A stretch of 42,457 bases of DNA from Octopus bimaculoides. Its lineage: Eukaryota. Below are positions 34,373-42,457 of this stretch, one piece after another; position 1 is the first letter of the stretch; the number at the start of each line of letters is the position of its first letter. The notes beneath the pieces are model-generated. The model saw nothing but the letters and a program-made list of their open reading frames with translations. It did not search any database and was not told the origin of the DNA. Location of the stretch: the NCBI RefSeq assembly GCF_001194135.2, contig NC_068996.1:10411528-10453984 (forward strand). The letters run 5' to 3'. A program made the translations under genes and the position numbers.

Positions 34373-36421
34373 ATGAAAAATGCTCGTTTTTTTTAAAGCT
34401 ATGGGGGAAACAAAGTCGGTGGGACACACTTGTGTAGGTATGCCTTCATTCTTTTTCTGATTTGGTGGGGGGGGGGGAACAAAAAACAAATCCGAAACAT
34501 TCTATATACAAACTACAAATTACTAGCAAAAGATACGGTTTTGAAAACATATACATGCCAAATGCAACCCCTGTCTCGAACATTTTTATCATTATTTTCA
34601 AATTTTAATGTTTTAAACATCAGAATTTTAGAATTTGCAAAATGCTTAGGTGCACATACCCAAATTATGAATCTGTTGGACTTTGAATATGTGCTTTGTT
34701 CGTGTAATAAAACTGAATTGATCAGAGCTTTCAGTGGACATGTTTCATTCTTACTAGCCTTCCTCAGCAAAGCTTATTCTAAGTAAAAAAAAAAATAATG
34801 CTGTTTTATGTTTAGTGTTTCTAATTCATTTTGGCTACAACCATTGTCAAGTTTTATAATTTGCTTATTTTATAAGCACAGATATAAGAACAAGGATCAA
34901 ACAGCCGTAAACTGCGAATTTCTATCTTGCCCTAGCGAAGCACAACCAACAGCAGAACGTATGAGGAGGGGTAACAACATCAGCCGTGATCCTCTAGCGA
35001 TGGAATCAATTATAGGTCCGTTTATTTTAATTGCAATATGCAGAAAGAAAAAAACCGGACAAGTTCACATAAAACTCATGCATGCCATGTGACTGGCAGT
35101 TTTTGATTATTTAAACAAATTTAAGGCATTTGTCATATATTTGTAAGGACGACCGTGCGAACTCAAAAAGGAGAAATGGTGACGAATGGAAAAACAGAGG
35201 ACTCCTTTTATTTATACGCGTCACACGGTCGAACACAAAATAATATATCAATGATGATATACAAAATAATGTTATACTTCGATAACATTAGTGAATTCGT
35301 AAATACCAGTAATGAAGAGACGATAGAAGGCAACCGTATGAAATGAATAACAGAAATATTTATTGTAGCATTAAAAATGTATGTCTGTGTGAGAGTGTGA
35401 ATGCGACATATAAGAACATAATAAAAAACAGGCCGTCATACAAAGAAAAGTGTGTGAGTGATACATGTATGTGTATGTGAGATATTACAGCAGATAGAAA
35501 GAGAGTCAATAACACTTGAGCATTTATACCAGTTCTTGAGTACACAATAGTATGAGCCTGTATGTGAAGGGAGTTGAGGCTGTGTGTGACAGGGCTGATC
35601 ACTAGTTGTGATGTGGTGGCTTCCATGCCGGGCCGTGATTCTTGTTATACAGATGTTCGTCGCTGGCTGAGATCTCTTGTCTGTTTATTTATCGTGGTGA
35701 AGCTGAGTCACCTAACAGAATCGAAGAGAGAGATGTGCCGCGGTGGTTTAGTTTGGTGTACATAGAAAGTCGTGTAGACGCTGGTGGTGAAGAGGCTGCT
35801 TGGTAGTAATCGTAGAATCGTGTTGGTCATGACGATGATGCTGGTTAGTAGTCGTAGACTCNNNNNNNNNNNNNNNNNNNNNNNNNNNNNNNNNNNNNNN
35901 NNNNNNNNNNNNNNNNNNNNNNNNNNNNNNNNNNNNNNNNNNNNNNNNNNNNNNNNNNNNNNNNNNNNNNNNNNNNNNNNNNNNNNNNNNNNNNNNNNNN
36001 NNNNNNNNNNNNNNNNNNNNNNNNNNNNNNNNNNNNNNNNNNNNNNNNNNNNNNNNNNNNNNNNNNNNNNNNNNNNNNNNNNNNNNNNNNNNNNNNNNNN
36101 NNNNNNNNNNNNNNNNNNNNNNNNNNNNNNNNNNNNNNNNNNNNNNNNNNNNNNNNNNNNNNNNNNNNNNNNNNNNNNNNNNNNNNNNNNNNNTATATTT
36201 AAATGAGAAGAATGGCGATAGCAGTTTTGTATCTAATGGCGATAGGTAGTTTCACTACATATTCATTAGGAGTTCAATACACAACAGTCATATTCTCTCT
36301 TTCTCTCTGATCATCATCATCAGTTAGTGTTGGTCTTCCATGCTGGCATAGGCTGCATGATTTGACCTGTTCCAACAAATAGTAGGACAGATTTACTCCA
36401 TTGTCTGCTTTGGCATGATTT

Positions 36422-36656
36422 CTTATTTCTTTATTGCCCACAAGGAGCTAAACATAGAAGGGACAAACAAGAACAGACACAGGGATTAAGTCGATTACAT
36501 CGACCCCAGTGATTAAGTGGTACTTATTTAATCGACCCCGAAAGGATGAAAGGCTAAGTTGACCTCGGCGGAATTTGAACTCAGAACGTAACGGCAGACG
36601 AAATACCGCTAAGCATTTCGCCTGGCGTGCTAACGTTTCTGCCAGCTCGCCGCCTT
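36422..36656 (-). mobile_element. SINE family C, full length, little diverged
   Basis: Minus strand AAGGCGGCGAGCTGGCAGAAACG..GAGTTCAAATTCC..CTGGGGTCGATGTAATCGACTT..AATAAAGAAATAAG. Confidence 0.9.
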
Positions 36657-36699
36657 CAACGGCGTGATTTCGATGGCTGGATTCTCTTTCTAATGGCAC

Positions 36700-37480
36700 C
36701 TACTTTACAGAATGTATGGGTTGCTTGTTGATATGGCACCAGCATTAGTTAAGACACCAAGTAACTTGTGAGGCAAGATCCCTTGGCTGAGTGGTGAAAG
36801 TGTAATATTGAGCTTTGTGCCAGGTGTTTATAGGTTGAAGTTTGATAGAGGCATAGAAACAGGTGTATTGCTGCAGAGGAAATATATGGCTACCCCAACT
36901 ACGAGAGTTGGGGTAGCCATAGAGGTTTCACAATCTGGTAATCCGTCATTATTACAAGGAAAGAAGAAACAATATAGTGTGTACCAATTAAAAATTAATA
37001 GGCCTAAGAATTAAAAATTACAAGCCTAAAAACATGATAATATCAGCAAGGATTAGTCTATAATTCATAATTAATTTTTTATCACTATCAAACAGGTGGC
37101 TAGTATTCAGAGATTGGTTCAATCTCTCTCCAGTTTCGAAACCAGGCGGGCAATATCTTTTGGATATATTCAAAAATGTAGAAAAAAGTTTATAATTGCA
37201 TAAAGGGATTACGTCAGAGAATTTATTTATTAGTATTGGTCTATATGATTTAAGAATAATATAGAACTCCCTTATGCACAATTTCCACTCATGGATATTC
37301 ACACTAAAATGAGGGGCCCCCGAAATAATAGACCATTCAAGATTGTAACTCCTATTCTTCCTCTTCAAGTCATGTATGTATGAGGCAAGCGTAGTAGAGT
37401 TACAATATTTTGCGATCGAGAAGGAATTTGAGGGCCATATATCTCCTTTTAAAAGTAACCGTGCTCCCAATGTACACTTT
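36700..37480 (-). mobile_element. Penelope-like element 3' fragment (GIY-YIG endonuclease C-terminal half plus 3' UTR)
   Basis: ORF 37018-37470 reads SFSIAKYCNSTTLASYIHDLKRKNRSYNLEWSII..KLCIREFYIILK..LINKFSDVIPLC, fitting the PLE pattern SF...KY.NST.LS.YIW.LK....Y.I.W.I...C.LC..E...I....LLNKRSE....C. Confidence 0.8.
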
Positions 37481-37530
37481 ATCTGAATTATTCTCCCTCT
37501 TAACTATACATTTATAAACCACATTTGTTC

Positions 37531-37566
37531 CTTTCTGTGGAAGAGCGTAGGCTCGAAACGTTAAAG
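37531..37566 (+). ncRNA. Minimal type-I hammerhead ribozyme-like motif with an A6-to-U core substitution
   Basis: CTTT-CTGTGGA-A-GAGC(GTAG)GCTC-GAA-ACGT-T-AAAG: stem I CTTT/AAAG, stem II GAGC/GCTC, palindromic ACGT stem III; core CUGuGGA and GAAA. Confidence 0.6.
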
Positions 37567-37655
37567 ACTTTTTCACTTCCCGAGCATTAAACTAATACAT
37601 CTGGTTGTTGTTTACACCACCTGTCGTCGTCTTTTTTTTTTGTGAATTATCGCCA

Positions 37656-38070
37656 TAGGCGCAGGAGTGGCTGTGTGGTAAGTAGCTTGCTTACCAACCA
37701 CATGGTTCCGGGTTCATTCCGATTGCGTGGCACCTTGGGTAAGTGTCTTCTACTATAGCCTCGGGCCGACCAAAGCCTTGTGAGTAAATTTGGCACACAG
37801 AAACTGAAAGAAGCCTGTCGTACATATGTATATATATGTATGTATATGTGTGTATATGTTTGTGTGTCTGTGTTTGTCCCCCCAACATCGCTTGACAACC
37901 GATGCTGGTGTGTTTACGTCCCCGTAACTTAGCGGTTCGGCAAAAGAGACCGATAGAATAAGTACTAGGCATCCAAAGAATAAGTCCTGGGGTCGATTTG
38001 CTCGACTAAAGGCGGTGCTCCAGCATGGCCACAGTCAAATGACTGAAACAAGTACAAGAGTAAAAGAGTA
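37656..38070 (+). mobile_element. SINE family A, full length reference copy
   Basis: ATAGGCGCAGGAGTGGCTGTGTGGTAAG (A-box-like), GGGTTCATTCC (B-box-like), central microsatellite, tail AAGAGTAAAAGAG. Confidence 0.93.
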
Positions 38071-38084
38071 TATTTTACACGCTC

Positions 38085-39321
38085 ACGTGGTCACACCAGT
38101 TGATCCTGTCTCCTCTCATTACCCAACGAACTTTTACACGTTCTACACTGGACTATTCTATCTGGACTTTCTACTCTTGTACACTTCAGCTGCACCTCTC
38201 CTGCCAATGGATTAAACTGGACTCTTCTGTTGATGAGTAATCGCTCCAATACACCACGACTTTCGAAGCTTTTGAACTTTTCTTAACTTTTTTCTACTTT
38301 CTAAACTTTTTTTGTACTTTCTGCCTTTTCCTTTTGTCGTTTCTTCCTTCTCTGGTTGTTCTTACTCTGTTTTCTCTAATCCCCACCTGTTACCTTGCCT
38401 CTCTCTCCCTCCCTTTCTTTTTCCCTTTCGTCTTCTCTTCTCCCCTCCTTCCCTCTTTTCACTCTCTTTCTTTCGTCTTCGCCCTTTCTTTCCTTGTTTT
38501 TATTTTCTTCTCCCACATATATTTTTTCTCCTCACGCCTTTTGCTTTTTTTTTTCTCCCCATACCTTTTGAATTTTTCCTCCCATCGTCTTTATTTACCT
38601 TCTCTCTCTCCCCCTTTATTCCCTTTTTTCTCCTTTCTTTCTCTTTTCTTCTCGTTTTACAATCATGCCCGATTACAAACCTTTCCTCCTTCACCTTCAC
38701 CACAGTCAAAAACACCACCTTTCCACACTTCCTTTCCGCTGCTTTCAGCCTTCTATTAACCTTTCCCTACTAATTTTCAAAAAAACTCGTTTCTGTAGTC
38801 ACGTTTCGTTTCTCACTCGCTGCTTGCATCAACGCCTCATCCCTAAAAGTTTCCGCCTCCATTTCCACCCAACTCTCCACTCTGCTACAACCATCCTACC
38901 CATACTCCGTACTGCATTCTATCGCCTTATGCGTGCCAGCATTCATTATAATCTCTCCAAAATACACACCATCGACTGTCTTCTCCCTCTTGCTTTTTCC
39001 ATCTTCTCTTCTCAGTCGCCCTCCTATGCTAACACTACGTTACATTACATAATTCATTTAAATCCTCTCTTTCATCAATTTCTCGCTCACACCAAACAAC
39101 GTAAACTTCACTCACTCCTCCATTCCATCACACCCGATGCCACTACCCCAACTCCTCCCCTACCCCTCTCCCTCCCTGATACGCTCCCTCCACCCTCACC
39201 CAACCCCTTCCCTCCAAACCCCCTACATCTCCCTCCCAGCCTTCCACCATCTCCACCACCCCTCCTACTTCTATCCCATCCACCCCTTCTCCACTTCAGT
39301 CTGTTGTTACCATTCCTCCAG
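38085..39321 (+). mobile_element. Penelope-like element 5' part (putative pLTR, pyrimidine-rich leader, ORF N-terminus)
   Basis: ORF from 38665 reads KTRFCSHVSFLTRCLHQRLIPKSFRLHF..LMRASI..TKQRKLHSLL, then a Pro-rich stretch and SVVTIPP in a shifted frame at 39300, typical of PLE ORF N-termini. Upstream ..TSPANGLN near 38195-38220 resembles the ORF C-terminus carried in pLTRs. Confidence 0.75.
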
Positions 39322-40109
39322 NNNNNNNNNNNNNNNNNNNNNNNNNNNNNNNNNNNNNNNNNNNNNNNNNNNNNNNNNNNNNNNNNNNNNNNNNNNNNNN
39401 NNNNNNNNNNNNNNNNNNNNNNNNNNNNNNNNNNNNNNNNNNNNNNNNNNNNNNNNNNNNNNNNNNNNNNNNNNNNNNNNNNNNNNNNNNNNNNNNNNNN
39501 NNNNNNNNNNNNNNNNNNNNNNNNNNNNNNNNNCGACACTCCACCTGCATCTTATGAGGAGGACTGTTTCACCGACGTGGGCCGCAGTCAATCTTTTCGT
39601 AGGCGCCTGCCAGAGCGCTGTGGACCGGTTTGTTGTATGTCCCCACTGTCCTGTTTTTGTTATCAACTTTGACCTTTTGCAAAATCCCAAATTTTATTTT
39701 GGTTCACAGGAGCAACTGTTTTTCAAAGCCTCATATTGTCGTGAATTACTCGAAATGTGGAGTAGGTAAACAGCAGACAACTGATGAAGGGTCATTCTTT
39801 ATATTACTTGTCTTGTTTTCCATTTGTTTCTCTCGTTGTTCACATACCCAAGTTTGCCTTCGTTGTTTTAATATTTTGTAATTCTTGTCGTTTTCGTATT
39901 TCACATTGTTTACGTTTTGTGACGTCCTGTACCCATATATGCATATATATGTAAGTATGTACATATATGTATGTATATATGCATATTATTATATGATTGA
40001 ACGCCACGCATCCATTTCCAAGTAAGTTTATATACATATGCACACACACACACACATACATATATATATATAAATACACACACCTACACACACACACACA
40101 CACACACAT

Positions 40110-40620
40110 AAATGGCAATTTCTGTCTGTTTGTGGCTGCGTGTGTGTATTTGTGAATTTGTTATTTTAACTCCCCTGAGACTATCCAACCGATCTTGATG
40201 AAACTTGGCCCATGTGGCCACTTACGCACTTGGAATTTTAAAAAACTCGATAATTTTTAATCAGCATCGATTTTTCAAAAATCAATAGGATATTGCAATG
40301 CAAATTTTCATATGAATGTTATTTTCTGCCATAACTTTTGAAGTTTTCAACCGATTTTCTTGAAATTTTATACACAGATGGAATATTGCCCTAAGGATAG
40401 GTTAAGACAAATAAATTTTTACCTAGGCCACTCAAGCAAAGTGTAAGATGATTTTTGATTAACTGATTAACGAAATTTAGCCTAAAGTGTTGTGGGGTTA
40501 AAATATTGCTGTAACATGTATTTCCTTAACACCTGCACTTCTAAACGTTGCAACGTTGTGTGTTAAAACATGTAACATGTATTTTATTAACAACAACTCT
40601 TAAAATTTTCTCTCGGGTTG
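40110..40620 (+). mobile_element. Helentron-associated (DINE-1/HINE-like) non-autonomous element, tentative
   Basis: GTCTGTTTGT.. followed by AACTCCCCTGAGACTATCCAACCGATCTTGATGAAACTTGG and a second CATAACTTTTGAAGTTTTCAACCGATTTTCTTGAAATTT, motifs recalled from DINE-like elements. Confidence 0.5.
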
Positions 40621-41060
40621 CAAGAGAATTTTCCCAAGAATGATTAAAATCGTCATTTTTCTATGCTTTTTTTTTTTTACCTCCTCATAGCATCTTATGT
40701 TGTTGCCTTTGTACTCCAGTCATTTTTGTAAGTATAAAATCTCTTTTCTCTAAATAATGTTTTTGTTTACTTTACAAACTTTTATGTTTTTTTTTTTTTC
40801 ATAGCACTCCTTTACAATTCCCTTCTTGATATTTCCATTGATTATATATTTGCAGCTTTCCACTCATCTGACCAAACAATCGTCATTTTCCGATTCCACA
40901 CCTATTTATTTGTATTATTGTTTTGTGAATGAATTTGCTTATACCTTCTATTATCTATCCTCTCATGATCTCATTTTTCGTCTGAGAGAAATTAGGTATT
41001 GTAATAGGTACTGGGAATATCTCCGTTCCCAGGTATTATCGGGTACCTCAGGTAGAATAT

Positions 41061-42432
41061 ATCATCATCATAATCAATATTATCGTTTAACGTCCGTTTT
41101 CCATACTGGCATGGGTTGGACGGTTTGACTGAGGTCTGGAGAGCCAGCGGCTACACCAAGCTCCAATCTGATCTGGCAATGTTTCTACAGCTGAATACCC
41201 TTCTTAACGCCAACCACTCCGAAAGTGTTATGGGTGCTTTTTACATGCCACTAGTACAGGAGCCAGTTAGGTGGGCTTGGCAACGATCACATTCTAATGG
41301 TATCTTTTACATGCCACTGGCACGGGAGCCAATCAAGGGGTACTGGTATCAGTCATGATCGGTTGGTGCTTTTTACATGCCACTGGCACAGGAGCCAGTC
41401 AGGCAGACCTGGCACCGACCATGTTCAGATGGTGCTTTTTACATGCCACCGGCACAGGAGCCAGCCAGAGGCACTGGCTCCAGCTATGATATTGGTTTTA
41501 CTTGACTCAACAGGTTTTCTCAAGCATAGCATATCGCCCAACGCATCAGGGGTATTCTTAACAGGGCTGGACATGCGTGGCTGCGATCTCACTTTAGTTG
41601 CTGAGTCTTCTCAATCACAGCATATCTCCAAAGGTCCCAGTCTCCTGTCATAGCCTTTGTGAGGCCCAATGTTCGAAGGTCATGCTTCACCGCCTCATCC
41701 CATGTCTTCCTGGGTCTACCTCTTCCACAGTTAGGGAGTGGCACTTCCTCACACAGCTGTCCTCATCCATACATAACACATGACCATACCAGTGCAGTTG
41801 CCTCTTTTGCACACCACATTTGATGCTTCTTATGCTCAATTTTTCTCTCAAGATACTTACACTCTGTCGTGTGTGCACTCTGACATTACACATCCAGTGG
41901 ATCATACTAGCTTCATTTCTTTGAAGCCTACGCATGTCCTCAGCATTCATGGCCCATGTTTCACTGCCGTGTAGCATGCCAGTTTGCACACACGCATCAT
42001 ACAGTCTACCTTTCACCCTGAGTGAGAGGCCCTTAGTTGCTAGCAGTGGTAGGAGCTCCCTGAACTTTGCCCAAACTATTCTTACACTAGTTGCTACACT
42101 CTCAGAGCAATCACTCCCATTACAAACTTGGTTGCCTAGGTAGCAGAAACTATCAGTTTCCTATACATCTTCAGTGTTTATTGCCCCAGTGCATCTGGCA
42201 CACACAGAAATTATTTTCTCCATTAACCTTCTTTTGATATTGCTGCACCTTTTATGTATCCATAGCTTACACCAGGTACATCGTATGGAGTTCCCACCCA
42301 TGCCTTTTCTACAGATCAAGCAGGGCCATCTACCTGAAGGGGGTTGTGATTTGACAACCTTCCTACTTACTAAGTCTTTGGTTTTTGTTAGCTTAACCCT
42401 AAGGCCCTTCGATTCTAGACCTTGCTTCCATA
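41061..42432 (-). mobile_element. 5'-truncated RTE-clade LINE (RT C-terminal region, 3' UTR with four 66-bp units, (GAT)n tail)
   Basis: Minus strand reads WKQGLESKGLRVKLTKTK..WPCLICRKGMGGNSIRCTWCKLWIHKRCSNI and KGRLYDACVQTGMLHGSETWAM..QLHWYGHVLCM. TTTTACATGCCA recurs near 41239, 41305, 41371 and 41437. Confidence 0.92.
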
Positions 42433-42457
42433 CCTGAAATATATATATATATATATA

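Noticed and set aside
38312-38773. Phe/Leu/Ser-rich ORFs resembling membrane proteins
   Set aside because: Artefact of the pyrimidine-rich leader of the Penelope-like element.

Overview
Eukaryotic, repeat-dominated draft-assembly window with 11 N-gaps. The SINE/LINE content and microsatellite density suggest an octopus genome (inference from recall, not searched). One host gene is supported: AIP (aryl-hydrocarbon-receptor-interacting protein, FKBP-TPR co-chaperone) on the minus strand. Its coding exon 1 is at 33258-33362 and exon 2 at 23335-23514; exons 3 onward were not found. Nearly everything else recognisable is transposable-element debris: several tRNA-headed SINE families, RTE, CR1-group, L1/Tx1 and RLE-type LINE fragments, two Penelope-like fragments, a decayed Gypsy, two Tc1/mariner relics, hAT-like and piggyBac-like MITEs and a Helentron-like element, often nested. 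There is no prokaryotic, CRISPR or operon-like system. Best leads: (1) a minimal type-I hammerhead ribozyme fold with one core substitution at 37531-37566; (2) all four combinations of two SINE heads and two tails within 14 kb; (3) a Tx1-like LINE inserted in a SINE tRNA-like head; (4) a SINE head joined to the 3' end of the local RTE LINE. Family names are from recalled motifs, repeat boundaries are approximate, and SINE labels (A, C, H1/H2, T1/T2) are my own.
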